Origin: Octopus bimaculoides
Taxonomy: Eukaryota
Assembly (NCBI RefSeq): GCF_001194135.2
Contig: NC_069000.1
Span: forward strand, 20,501,613 to 20,565,612
Reading direction: 5' to 3'
DNA: 64,000 nucleotides
A model generated the notes under the pieces. That model ran no database searches. It was given only the letters and a program-made list of their open reading frames with translations, and had not been told where the DNA came from. A program made the position numbers and the translations under genes. Shown here piece by piece: positions 26,639-40,101 of the stretch (the stretch's first letter is position 1; each line of letters opens with the position of its first letter).

Positions 26639-27297
26639 NNNNNNNNNNNNNNNNNNNNNNNNNNNNNNNNNNNNNNNNNNNNNNNNNNNNNNNNNNNNNN
26701 NNNNNNNNNNNNNNNNNNNNNNNNNNNNNNNNNNNNNNNNNNNNNNNNNNNNNNNNNNNNNNNNNNNNNNNNNNNNNNNNNNNNNNNNNNNNNNNNNNNN
26801 NNNNNNNNNNNNNNNNNNNNNNNNNNNNNNNNNNNNNNNNNNNNNNNNNNNNNNNNNNNNNNNNNNNNNNNNNNNNNNNNNNNNNNNNNNNNNNNNNNNN
26901 NNNNNNNNNNNNNNNNNNNNNNNNNNNNNNNNNNNNNNNNNNNNNNNNNNNNNNNNNNNNNNNNNNNNNNNNNNNNNNNNNNNNNNNNNNNNNNNNNNNN
27001 NNNNNNNNNNNNNNNNNNNNNNNNNNNNNNNNNNNNNNNNNNNNNNNNNNNNNNNNNNNNNNNNNNNNNNNNNNNNNNNNNNNNNNNNNNNNNNNNNNNN
27101 NNNNNNNNNNNNNNNNNNNNNNNNNNNNNNNNNNNNNNNNNNNNNNNNNNNNNNNNNNNNNNNNNNNNNNNNNNNNNNNNNNNNNNNNNNNNNNNNNNNN
27201 NNNNNNNNNNNNNNNNNNNNNNNNNNNNNNNNNNNNNNNNNNNNNNNNNNNNNNNNNNNNNNNNNNNNNNNNNNNNNNNNNNNNNNNNNNNNNNNNN

Positions 27298-27333
<36 letters not shown>

Positions 27334-27677
27334 CATTATATACATTACATATATTATATATAATATATATTATATATATGTGTGTGTATACAAAGTCGTT
27401 ATGTCCTGTAATACGGTATTTTTTGGGGAGTAGTACAGCCCACTGTCTCCCTTCGGCCATCACATTTTGGATGTTTGTCTAGGTCATGAATGGGGAGTCA
27501 TGCCAGTGTCTATGTCTCGTGGCACCAACTACCCGAACGATTAGAATATCCGAAATAATGGTATGGTATGGCTGTAGTCTCTCTTTCTTTTTCTCTTTTT
27601 TTTAATATTATCACAGATACGTACATACATACACCTACAACTACATACACAGACAAGCAACCAAACACACACACATT

Positions 27678-27725
<48 letters not shown>

Positions 27726-28450
27726 CGTTATTAACATGTGTTCGTGTGTTATGTATACATAACACACACACACATAAGTATATTTATACGAAGAGAGAGA
27801 GAAACCGAGAAAATGAAGGTGGGGGCAAAAGTATTGTACATTTAGCTTTATCTCTGTTAATCTAGAGAGAAAGTCCAATAATACATTCTGTCATGAGATA
27901 TCGAGTCTCACTCAAATGTTACCCTCTATTCAATAATTGACATTTATTTTGACAACTTTCCAAAGATGTAAGGTCAAGTTGACATTGGTAGCTGCTTTGA
28001 AATTAGACTTGTGAAAGAATTTCAACCTCCCTTACTTCTCTCTCTTTCTAACTCAGCCTCACACTTTTCTAAATGTGTATGTGTATGTATATATATATAT
28101 ATATATGTACGCGTCGGCCTGTGTCTGGGTGTGCATATTCGCGTGCTTGCCTGCCTGCCTGCCTGCCTGCCTGCCAGTCTGTCTGTCTATCTATATATCT
28201 GTGTGTGTGTGTGTGAATATGTGAATGCGTGTGTGAATCTTTGTGTTTAGAAGAATGAAACCTGTTGAAAATTTCACAATCAACTATGATGTTAATGTTC
28301 CTGACCTCAACAATGCTGATAAACTAGCAAGAATTAAACTAGGTCATAAGTTTTGATACTAACATTAATATCTCTACACCAATCCTTGTAACATATGTCT
28401 GTGTCTATGGTAGCCGGTTTTTTTTTTTTTTACTTATTATTTAAACAATC

Positions 28451-28496
<46 letters not shown>

Positions 28497-28890
28497 AATC
28501 TTATGTTCACTTGTCTAACTAGTGGTCGGTTTATATTTCAGTTTATAGTTATATGTTTGTAATACTATAGTCTTATAGTTACATTCATGTATATTTTTAT
28601 ACGTGAATGTCTGCTTTTGTGTGTGCGCGCGCGCGTTACCATGCTTTGTGTCAGTACATAGTAATTTCATTACATATAATACAGTTGCTCTGGCGAAAAG
28701 TGTCGGGTACTAACCTCAACTCTTATGATGTCTGTTTTGTAGTCCGTTAACTCACAAAACTATTCAAAACTCAACAGTATTTCACTAAAATCGATTCAGT
28801 CGTAAAACGTTTATATCTATATAGCTATCTATCTATAAATCTATCTAGATATCTATCTATCTATAAATCTATCTATCTATCTATCTATAA

Positions 28891-28924
<34 letters not shown>

Positions 28925-29000
28925 AAATCTATCTATAAATGTATCTGTCTGTTTGTCTGTCTGTCCGTCTGTATGTCTATTCATTTATTTGTTCATTTAT

Positions 29001-29034
<34 letters not shown>

Positions 29035-30102
29035 TTATTTCTCTTTTCTCTCTACCTGTTTCTACAGAAATTTGGCATTATTACTCCAGACATATACTTT
29101 TACGATAGAAGGATCTGAGTTCAGAGATATTTTGCTGCTATTTTTAGCAATTCGAGCTATCACATTGTGGTTCTTTCGTTCTGTACTAGTCTTTTTGGCC
29201 TATCTACCTAGTTAGCTTCATTTTCTTTCTTTTTTTTTTTTTCTTTGTTTTCGATAACTTTTAGCATACGTATAAAATCCATAAACGACAGAATAAAAAC
29301 AAGGGGACCAAACTGTACTGAAATAGCAAGAATAACCTGAAACGATTTCTGGAAGGAACACTTTTCAAGCAATTATTATAATATATACATGTTGCAAGAG
29401 TATATAAACGCAAGAAGAAACATACCAAAAACCTGTACCTTATTAATACTGTTTTATATATATATATATATATATTGAGGTGTGTTGCAGCTACATTTAA
29501 ATTCCAAACATTGCACAAGCTTTGGGATCACAATGAACAATCTAAAAACTGTCAAGGTAGGAAACTAACCCATCATTGATATCCTACGATATATCAGTTA
29601 TTGTTATTCTGTCAATTATCATATAAGGACATGGTATAAAACCGACATATAGATATCACAAGTGACGTGTCATTTACTCACGGTTTATTAGCAATTTATT
29701 TTGCAACACCAATAAATAAGTTTGTCTTCAACTAATCTTAATAAAATGCTGACTTCCCCGACTTGTATTTGTTTTCTTTCGTGATTTCTCTTTGTTTTTT
29801 TTTGTGTTTGTTGTTATTTTTTCTTTGTTTTTTTTTTGCTTTTGTTTTTTTGGTTAATACATCCATTCTCACTAACGAGTAAACAATTCATAAAACGCAG
29901 GAAATTGAAAATATTTTATATATTAAAATTATTGTTAGATAAATATGTAACAACAAAGAATTGTGTAAACGTGTGTAGGCATGACTATGTAAGTATTTAT
30001 GTACGTGCGAATGTAAACGTGTGTGTCCGTGTGTGTATGTGTTGATTGACAGATACATAGATTGATACATACATACATACATACATACATACATAAATAC
30101 AT

Positions 30103-30244
30103 GCAGGAGTGGCTGTGTGGTAAGTAGCTTGCCCACCAACCACATGTTCCAGGTTCAGTCCCACTGCATGGCACCTTGGGCAAGTGTCTTTCACTATACC
30201 CATGGGCCGAGCAAAGCCTTGTGAGTGGATTTGGTAGATGGAAA

Positions 30245-30301
<57 letters not shown>

Positions 30302-30528
30302 GTGTGTCTATATGTTTGTGAGTCTGTGTTTGTCCTACCCACCCCAACATCGCTTGACAACCGATGCTGGTGTGTTTTACGTCCCCGTACCCTAGCGGTT
30401 CGGCAAAAAACCGATAGAATAAGTACTAGGCTTACAAAGAATAAGACCTGGGGTAGATTTGCTCGATTAAAGGTGGTACTCCAGCATGACTGCAGTCAAA
30501 TGACTGAAACAAGTAAAAGAATAAAAGA
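30103..30528 (+). mobile_element. tRNA-derived SINE family A, full bipartite copy with internal microsatellite
   Basis: A-box-like TGGCTGTGTGG, B-box-like GGTTCAGTCCC, then internal (TA)n(TATG)n(TG)n. The 3' half runs CTTGACAACCGATGCTGGTGTG...GAATAAGTACTAGGCTTACAAAG...CAAATGACTGAAACAAGTAAAAG. Repeated at 31472-31840. Confidence 0.85.
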
Positions 30529-31471
30529 ATATATTTACACATTTCTTTGTTGTGCATTTCCACTCGTTTGCATCTACCTTCTTCTTCTCGTGTTATCATT
30601 GTGATTGATCTTGATTTGCAAAATGAATAGACCATGTCCCCAGAGTCCTATGATTGCTTGGTGACACAAGGCGTGTTATAAAAACCTGTCTAGACCGCGT
30701 CTCCAAAGCAAGAAACCATTAGTAACTCATTTTTATACTGTGTACATAAAATTTCATTTATCTCTCACTGGATGGAGTACATTTTTTGTTGATCGTANNN
30801 NNNNNNNNNNNNNNNNNNNNNNNNNNNNNNNNNNNNNNNNNNNNNNNNNNNNNNNNNNNNNNNNNNNNNNNNNNNNNNNNNNNNNNNNNNNNNNNNNNNN
30901 NNNNNNNNNNNNNNNNNNNNNNNNNNNNNNNNNNNNNNNNNNNNNNNNNNNNNNNNNNNNNNNNNNNNNNNNNNNNNNNNNNNNNNNNNNNNNNNNNNNN
31001 NNNNNNNNNNNNNNNNNNNNNNNNNNNNNNNNNNNNNNNNNNNNNNNNNNNNNNNNNNNNNNNNNNNNNNNNNNNNNNNNNNNNNNNNNNNNNNNNNNNN
31101 NNNNNNNNNNNNNNNNNNNNNNNNNNNNNNNNNNNNNNNNNNNNNNNNNNNNNNNNNNNNNNNNNNNNNNNNNNNNNNNNNNNNNNNNNNNNNNNNNNNN
31201 NNNNNNNNNNNNNNNNNNNNNNNNNNNNNNNNNNNNNNNNNNNNNNNNNNNNNNNNNNNNNNNNNNNNNNNNNNNNNNNNNNNNNNNNNNNNNNNNNNNN
31301 NNNNNNNNNNNNNNNNNNNNNNNNNNNNNNNNNNNNNNNNNNNNNNNNNNNNNNNNNNNNNNNNNNNNNNNNNNNNNNNNNNNNNNNNNNNNNNNNNNNN
31401 NNNNNNNNNNNNNNNNNNNNNNNNNNNNNNNNNNNNNNNNNNNNNNNNNNNNNNNNNNNNNNNNNNNNNNN

Positions 31472-31607
31472 AGTTTGCCTACCAACCACATGGTTCCGGG
31501 TTCAGTCCTACTGCGTGGCATCTTGGCCAAGTGTCTTCTACTATAGCCTCGGTCCGACCAAAGCCTTGTGAGTAGATTTGGTAGACGGAAATTGGAAGAA
31601 GCCCGTC

Positions 31608-31646
<39 letters not shown>

Positions 31647-31840
31647 TGTGTGTATATGTTTGTGCTTGACAACCGATGCTGGTGTGTTTACGTCCCTGTA
31701 ACTTAGCGGTTCGGCAAAAAGAGAACCGATAGAATAAGTACTAGGCTTACAAAAAATAAGCTTTGCTCGACTATAAGGGCGGTGTTCCAGCATGGCCGCA
31801 GTCAAATGACTGAAACAAGCAAAAGAGTAAAAGAGTAAAA
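31472..31840 (+). mobile_element. tRNA-derived SINE family A copy (5' end in gap)
   Basis: Colinear with 30103-30528, including the internal (TA)(TG)n tract and the AAAAGAGT tail repeats. Confidence 0.85.
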
Positions 31841-32049
31841 GGGTATGACCATTTTAATTACTTTAGCAGGATTAAACACTGAAATAATTTTGGCCCTCTT
31901 TTCAAGATGATATACATCACAGTAATAAGGTTGGTTTATATTTCAATTCTCATATCCAGATTTCTCCTTGCTTGACGGGAAATTAATAAACAATTATGAC
32001 TTTTAAAGTTGTTTTCAGTATTTCACTGTTTGTCTCTTGCACATTCACA

Positions 32050-32097
<48 letters not shown>

Positions 32098-32227
32098 TAC
32101 AGACAGACAGACACACACACACACATATATATACACGTGCGTGCGCATAAACATGTGAAATTAGTGTCATACCTGTGTGTGTGTCTTTGCACGCGTTCGT
32201 GTGTTTGTGCGCACGTTATCCTTTTAG

Positions 32228-32625
32228 TCAGAAGGAAGGAAGCACCCATGACACGTTACAGGGCCTCCAAGACAAGTGGTGGGGGAACAGAGGATGATAT
32301 TCTCAACAGGAAGCTTGTCCTGAATGCTTGCAACAGAGTGGACTTTGCTAAAGTCAACCAAGTACCAGATGGTGGCGTTTCACCAAGCCAACTCAATTGG
32401 GCCATAGCGGGAGCTGGATTCATAAGACAAAGAGCCGGAACAAATAACACAAACTATTCGGTCCCATCCTCTTACAGTTTTGCCAATTCACCGTCTTTGA
32501 CTGGCACTTCTTTATCGACCCTGAAGATTGGGAAGCGAAGTTGATTTGAATCCGGAGCACAGAGAATTGGATCAGATACAGCGAAGCATTCTGTCCAGCG
32601 CACTAAAGTCTCTGCCAGGTCATCC
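32228..32625 (-). mobile_element. Old dimeric family B SINE-like element with a distinct 3' tail
   Basis: Minus strand has two successive family B heads, at 32625 (GGATGACCTGGCAGAGACTTTAGTGCGC...GGGTCGATAAAGAAGTGCCAGT) and 32492 (GGTGAATTGGCAAAACTG...), then about 190 bp unlike the other copies. Confidence 0.55.
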
Positions 32626-33109
32626 GGTGTGTATACATGCGTGTGTCTGTGCGCGCGCATGTCTGCACATGTATATGAAATGATAGATTGGGGGGGGGGG
32701 AAGGAGAGTGAAAGAGAGATAGAGAGCAAGCGGAGTAGGTACCGTGTGTGATACATACGCATAGTTTGTAGATGGATTTAAGCGCTCGTACAAGAGTTTC
32801 GTAGATTTACAATAAAAGTAAGTCAAACGAGATAATACTTGGAATATTTTGTAGCATAGGAAAGGAGCATTTGAACCAGATAATATCAAATGATTTTCAG
32901 TGAAGGTTAGGGGTTTAAAATCGACTTATATATTTGATATTAGATTTCAGGATATTAAAGTTTGTATATTTGTGAATCCTTTAATAACTTATGGACACTG
33001 TAGAATGCAATAATTATCTTACGACGATGTGTTATGACTATCAATACACACTGTTTTATTCTTGTCAAAATCGATAAACTTTTTGCATATATATTACAGC
33101 TGTCACTTC

Positions 33110-33920
33110 TCCCATTTAAATACATGAAATAAGTGGCACCTTTCGTGGTTACATGTACGCCAATTGCTGTCAATTACAAATTACATGTGTCTCCACAGGT
33201 CAATTCTCATTATTAAATATGTCTGTGTGTCCCCCCGCCCAAATTATTCAACCTCTATGTATGTTGCAGCTGCCAGTTTCTCACAGGTATACTTGATATA
33301 GTTGTCACTTGTCACCGTTATATGCATCTTACAAGTGTCAAATCCTCATAGCTACATCCACCTACTGCCATCCTTTCGTAGTTACATTTATGTTACAATG
33401 GTCACCTTCTTACAGTTACATATACCACTATACCCTTCTCATAAATGATCTTACAAACACCACCTTTACATGTGCTATATTTCCTCAATCGCATGTGTAA
33501 CTTTTACCTTCCATGTCACCCTCTAACAGTTACATGTCACATGTAACTTATAACTGCCAATTGTTCACAGTTACGTGTTACACTTGTCACCCTCTCACAG
33601 TTACATTTATGTCGCAACTGTCACCTTTCCCACTGTTACAGGTATAAAGATCTGACACCTTCTCACAGTTACATATATATCTTACAATTTTCATTTTCTT
33701 GCAGTTAATGTCACCTGCTCCCAATTGCATATTTGCTACAAATGTTGCCTCTTGATAATTCCATGCGTCTTGTAGTCATCGCCTTCACAATTGGTACATT
33801 CTCACAGTTATATACGTGCTATAGCTCTATAACTCACTTTTTACTTTACACTAATATATATGTTACAACAGTTACATTCTCATAGTTGTATGTATCTTAC
33901 AACTGCCACTATTTTTTGAA
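33110..33920. repeat. Degenerate minisatellite, unit about 34 bp
   Basis: Recurring CTCACAGTTACAT...TTACAA..GTCACCTT. Example unit: CAGTTACATTTATGTTACAATGGTCACCTTCTTA. Confidence 0.7.
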
Positions 33921-35029
33921 GCAGTGTACCTTGGACAAAATTACCACTATTTTTCAATCACATATATGACATATATTTTTAAAATGTCGTCTTCTTAGCG
34001 TCACATGTATCGTACAATTATCACACTCTTACATTTGAAACTATGCGAAAGTAAGAATCGTAAGATACATGACTGTAAGAGAAATTTAAAAACTATCCCC
34101 TTATTAGAGTTATGCATAATACACCTTATCATCCACACATTTGGTAATATTGTCCAAGGTACACTATGCTTCAAAAAGTTGTGATATTCATGGCTGGAAT
34201 GCCTTTCTCTATATATCTTATGCAATAGGGCCGACTTGGACTAAACAACAAAAGTAACAAAGTAACTTACTATTGTCTTTCTGTTTGTTGTTCTTTTCTC
34301 TTGTAATTTTTAATGAAGAAATCAATTTTGCATTGTTGTTGGTTCTGTGTCATATATTGAATAAATCATATAGCTTATTCAGCTTAATGCTATTGTTATA
34401 CATATATGTCACAGCTATAGTTCAATTGCATTCACAATATCATTTGTTAATGCTATTCAGTCTACCAGCTGAATTTATAACGTATTGTTATTCAAACACT
34501 TACCAGACTCTCTTCCATGGCTCACATGTTATCTTCTCCGTTATACAACAGACCCCGCTGCTGTTTATTTTATGCTAAGCTATTATATTTAATCGTATTG
34601 TTATTTCTACTGATATATCACTATGCTAAACTCGTAAATTCGTAGCTGTTGTAGAAATATGTTTATTATAATTCTTAGCCGAGTTCTTGTAAAAATAGGT
34701 ATAGCATATTATTATCAGCGTATGGTAATTAATAGTTGACAAGTTATTAATTATAAGTTGAAATAAATTTTGTCTTTATTGATTCTTCTTAGGGGTCTAT
34801 CTGTGTCTCTGCGTGTCCTTCAGTGTGTCTAAACGTGTGCCATGAATTATGATGTTTTGTCATTGGTCTTCATGCGTTCTATGTGTAAGTATGTGTACAA
34901 CAATGGTCAAAATACTCGGTATTCATAGAGATTTTGTCGCTTCTACGTTATTACATTAGCTCGTCGTTTAGCAATCACCTGAAAAAATACAGTTTAATAG
35001 ATCTTTACTCTCAACCAACATGTCTATGC

Positions 35030-35470
35030 TGATATACTGTGATGTGTTATGACTTAACATATGCAGCATTGAGATTACATTTCGATTTAGCCAAGCTTAA
35101 TAATTATATCTGATTATATATTTGATGTACTATGATTTACAGTCAATCAATGCAACATTCTGATTCTATTATTTATTAGAGTCGACAATCTTTATCCGTG
35201 TTTCTGTAATGTATTAGAATAACCTAGTGCTATACTGTCGTTCTATGATCTGTCAGGATCATCTAAATCAATAGTACGGTTCTATTATTCATTGGGGTCA
35301 GCCAATGCTACGCTGTCGCTGTAATTAATTAGAATCAACAAATGCTATACTGTGGCTATAGTTTGATCAACTAAGACTTATTAGAGTCAATCCATAGTAT
35401 ACAGTCTAGTCACAATCTGATTTATAATGATTTATCAGAATCAACCGATACTCCATTGTGAATTGTGTTT
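35030..35470. repeat. Degenerate minisatellite, unit about 37-41 bp
   Basis: Recurring CTATGATTTATTAGAGTCAACCAATGCTATACTG-like units, e.g. CTGTAATTAATTAGAATCAACAAATGCTATACTGTGG. Confidence 0.55.
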
Positions 35471-36558
35471 AACAATTACTGTGATTGGCCTTTTATCGAT
35501 CACCGTTTCAAATCAGTGAATATGTTGAGATTGTAATTGAATGCTGGCTGTCACTTTCCACTTTCGGATCAGTGTTATTTCGTCGTAAGGAAAATGTAAT
35601 TGTTAATCGAGGATAGCTTAATAAATAACACTAGGGTTAGATCTACATGTTGAAATTTTGTCATTGTGACCACACATTGTTGCCAGTCAATGTAATGTGA
35701 TTACCAGATGAGGAATTAAGTGTGATTGTATAATCATCCACTGGATTTGGGATTCCAATGTTATAGAGAAGTGATTTAAGAATAACTGTAACGTTATTAT
35801 GACCACTAATCAAGGCAGGATTTGTGGTTAGGATCAGTTGAAGTGCCATTGGAATGACGTAACTGCAATTAACTTTAGGTGTCTAATTTTGTACCGAATG
35901 CCTTTTATGTAACGTGCGTGGGAATGCAGAGATTGTGCGTGTGTGTTTGTGTGTGCGTGCGTGTGTGTGTGTGTGTGTGCGTGTGTGAGTATATATATGT
36001 GTATATATGTATATGTATATATATATACATGCATATATACATACATACATATATATATGCATGTATGTATGTACACACGTCTAGACATATTTACATACAC
36101 AATTTAAATGAATTTTCAACAGCAAATGCATTTCTGTGTATGTGTTTCTCTGTGCATGTGTGTGTGTGTGTGTGTGTGTGTGACACAGAGATAGATGGAG
36201 AAGAGAGAGGGGGAGAAAGAGAAGTGGGAGTGAGTGAGTGAGTGAATGAGTGAGTGATTCAAATTATTGAATTGATGAATGGACAAGCTTATATAAAGTT
36301 CCCCATATATTTCTAACTGTTGTATTTGCAACAGGTATGTTAAATCTTTTTTTTTTTAACGGTGTACGTTATAATAATTGTTAAACAATTCACTGTGTTG
36401 GATCTTTTGATATCATCGGCGATGTGGACAACCAATCAGGAGTCTTCGTGTATGTAAAAAGGTCACCAGTGTGTGTGCGTGTGTGTGTGTATATGTTGCA
36501 CCTTTGTAGAGCAGCCGATAGTCGATACCATTCATATATCATTCACATGTAATTTGTT

Positions 36559-36628
<70 letters not shown>

Positions 36629-37337
36629 NNNNNNNNNNNNNNNNNNNNNNNNNNNNNNNNNNNNNNNNNNNNNNNNNNNNNNNNNNNNNNNNNNNNNNNN
36701 NNNNNNNNNNNNNNNNNNNNNNNNNNNNNNNNNNNNNNNNNNNNNNNNNNNNNNNNNNNNNNNNNNNNNNNNNNNNNNNNNNNNNNNNNNNNNNNNNNNN
36801 NNNNNNNNNNNNNNNNNNNNNNNNNNNNNNNNNNNNNNNNNNNNNNNNNNNNNNNNNNNNNNNNNNNNNNNNNNNNNNNNNNNNNNNNNNNNNNNNNNNN
36901 NNNNNNNNNNNNNNNNNNNNNNNNNNNNNNNNNNNNNNNNNNNNNNNNNNNNNNNNNNNNNNNNNNNNNNNNNNNNNNNNNNNNNNNNNNNNNNNNNNNN
37001 NNNNNNNNNNNNNNNNNNNNNNNNNNNNNNNNNNNNNNNNNNNNNNNNNNNNNNNNNNNNNNNNNNNNNNNNNNNNNNNNNNNNNNNNNNNNNNNNNNNN
37101 NNNNNNNNNNNNNNNNNNNNNNNNNNNNNNNNNNNNNNNNNNNNNNNNNNNNNNNNNNNNNNNNNNNNNNNNNNNNNNNNNNNNNNNNNNNNNNNNNNNN
37201 NNNNNNNNNNNNNNNNNNNNNNNNNNNNNNNNNNNNNNNNNNNNNNNNNNNNNNNNNNNNNNNNNNNNNNNNNNNNNNNNNNNNNNNNNNNNNNNNNNNN
37301 NNNNNNNNNNNNNNNNNNNNNNNNNNNNNNNNNNNNN

Positions 37338-37397
<60 letters not shown>

Positions 37398-37764
37398 TCA
37401 GGAAAGTCTCAAACTGGACAATTTAGTGTCAATCAAGAGTTCTAGAAGCATAAATGCCTCGTATATATATATATATCATGGACAAAATTATTTTGAACTG
37501 AATAACATAAAAATCTCTCTGGGAAACCTCGCATTATTCATTTCCAACAACATTCAGCTAGACATTCATATGTACGTATACCTTGTATTCCATCCCACTC
37601 CCACCCAACCCCACCACCGTTCATTCAATGTAAGAAAAAACTTTAGTTCTAAACAGACCCCCTATGAATCAGTGATGCCAATCATTCTGTCTCTAATGCT
37701 GATGTGAATTAGTCAACTCCTATAGTAACTTCATAATTAATACTCAGTTATCAAATATTGACAC

Positions 37765-37940
37765 AAAACCAGCAATTTCGGCAGAAGGTGTAAGTCGATT
37801 AAATCGACCCCCAGTACTCGACTAGTACTTATTTTATCGACCCTGAAAGAGATGAAAGGTAAGGTCGACCTCGGTGGAATTTGAACTCAGAACGTAAAGA
37901 CGGACAAAATGCGTGCTAACGATTCTACCAACTCGCTGCC
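37765..37940 (-). mobile_element. tRNA-derived SINE family B, internally deleted head
   Basis: The reverse complement contains GAGTTCAAATTCCACCGAGGTCGACCTTACCTTTCATC...GGGTCGATAAAATAAGTACTAGT, shared with 39871 and 63582. Confidence 0.8.
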
Positions 37941-38176
37941 TCACTCAATTATTAGATATTATCCATTAACATGAACTATACGGAATTTGATTGTCTAAAT
38001 AACATTTTTTTGTCTCTTCGTCCGCTTTAACAACATTGGAAACTATAAATATACACACAAACACACGCATAAACATGTACACCCAACCGTCAGTACGTCT
38101 TATGTTTGTATGTGTATATATAAATATATATATATCCACATATATACACACACGTATATACAGACGTGATTATGTT

Positions 38177-38234
<58 letters not shown>

Positions 38235-39196
38235 TGCATTTTTACTCATCCTGGTTTGACTTTTAAAGCTTACTTTAACCGACTACCACCTGCTCAGTGA
38301 TACAATTGTAAAAAGAAAATGAAAAGAATGGAGAGGAATGGTGGCATGTGTTGTTTCCTTTCTTTAAGCAACCTTTTATCATTGAAACTCGTACAGGTTG
38401 TTACTTTTCTAGATATCATGATTACTTTATCTACAAATTATGAATTACATTCTTTCTCCAAGAATTACAGTTCTAACATATTCTGAACTGGAATATAGCC
38501 TATCTTTCTGATAATAATGGCTATGATACTGGAAGGAATGTTACGGCCGTATATTTTCTTTTTATATACAGTAGTGCCAAAAAAAAAAAAAACAATATTC
38601 GGTTGGTTGATTTATAAATAGTTAAAGCTTATATTCCCACAAAATTTCAAGTCTTGATAATACAGAAAAGAGTTTTAATTTACGCAGATATTTTTCTCAT
38701 CCGTTGGTCTCAAAATGTTTACCTTTATAATTTTCTTTATCATTATTCTATTCCAGTTTGTTTTCACTACAACTTCATCTCTTTAGAACATTCTCCAACA
38801 ATTGGCAATGGTATGGCTATTTTCATTCAAGTTTGGTTTTGTGTATATACATTTGTCGTCAGCTGGTATTTTTTGCCTTTCTGTATATGTATCATAAGTA
38901 CAAATGTACGTGTACGTATGTATGTATATGCGTGTATATTAGTAAGTTTAAATCATTGTACGCACACATGTATGTATGTATGTATGTATGTATGTATGTA
39001 TGTACGAATGTATATGGAAATAGGAATAGACAGACGCTGACATAACGAAGGAATGAGGAAAACGAATGCTTACGAGGAATCTACGAAGGAAGTTACACAC
39101 ATCAAATTCATATCTTTTGAATTAATGGGTTAAGTAAGCGCGTATACCATATACGTTTGAATTAAGTATACACACGCATATTTCTCTTTCTCTCTT

Positions 39197-39239
<43 letters not shown>

Positions 39240-39365
39240 GACATACACACACACAATATCTATTTATCTATTTATATATCTGTCTGTCTATCTGTCTGCA
39301 TGTAAGTATGTATGGGTAGATGGATGTGTGTATAAGTATTTATGTATACAAATATATAGACGTGC

Positions 39366-39410
<45 letters not shown>

Positions 39411-39420
39411 NNNNNNNNNN

Positions 39421-39460
<40 letters not shown>

Positions 39461-39870
39461 CACACAACTCATACATTTGTAAACATACTTACGCGTGTGT
39501 GTCTTGCGTATACGTACACACACTACACACAAACACACACACGTGTAAGTATATATGTAGGTATAAGTTATAGACGCATATATACATACACATGTGTGAC
39601 AATAAAGAGGAGGGAAAAATGATTCACTAAGTATGTCTGCATATTTTTCCATGTTCAAACTCAACAATGATGTGCAGCAACAGATGGCATTGTTTAAAGT
39701 TATGTCTTACAGATGTGTGCAGTCGTCTTTTCAAACACTCATCAAGCATTATTCTATAACATTGTTGCTCAAAAGTAACGAACACACATTACCTGTTAAG
39801 CACGCATGCTGAGATGTATACATGCATATATACATTACACACACACATACATACACACGCATATACAAAA

Positions 39871-40101
39871 GGCGGTGAACTGGCAGAAATGTTAGCACGC
39901 CGGGCGAAATGCCTAGCCGTATCTCGTCTGCCGCTACGTTCTGAGTTCGAATTCCGCCGAGGTCGACTTTGCCTTACATCCTTTCGGGGTCGATTAAATA
40001 AGTACCAGTTACGCACTGGGGTCGATATAATCGACTTAATCCGTTTGTCTGTCCTTGTTTGTCCCCTCTGTGTGTAGCCCCTTGTGGGTAATAACGAAAT
40101 A
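39871..40101 (+). mobile_element. tRNA-derived SINE family B, near full length
   Basis: GGCGGTGAAC-TGGCAGAAATG (A-box-like) ... GAGTTCGAATTCC (B box) ... GGGGTCGATTAAATAAGTACCAGT...GGGGTCGATATAATCGAC. Confidence 0.85.

Noticed and set aside
33110-35470. CRISPR-like arrays
   Set aside because: Units are contiguous and diverged throughout, with no conserved repeat plus unique spacer pattern and no cas genes, in a eukaryotic context.
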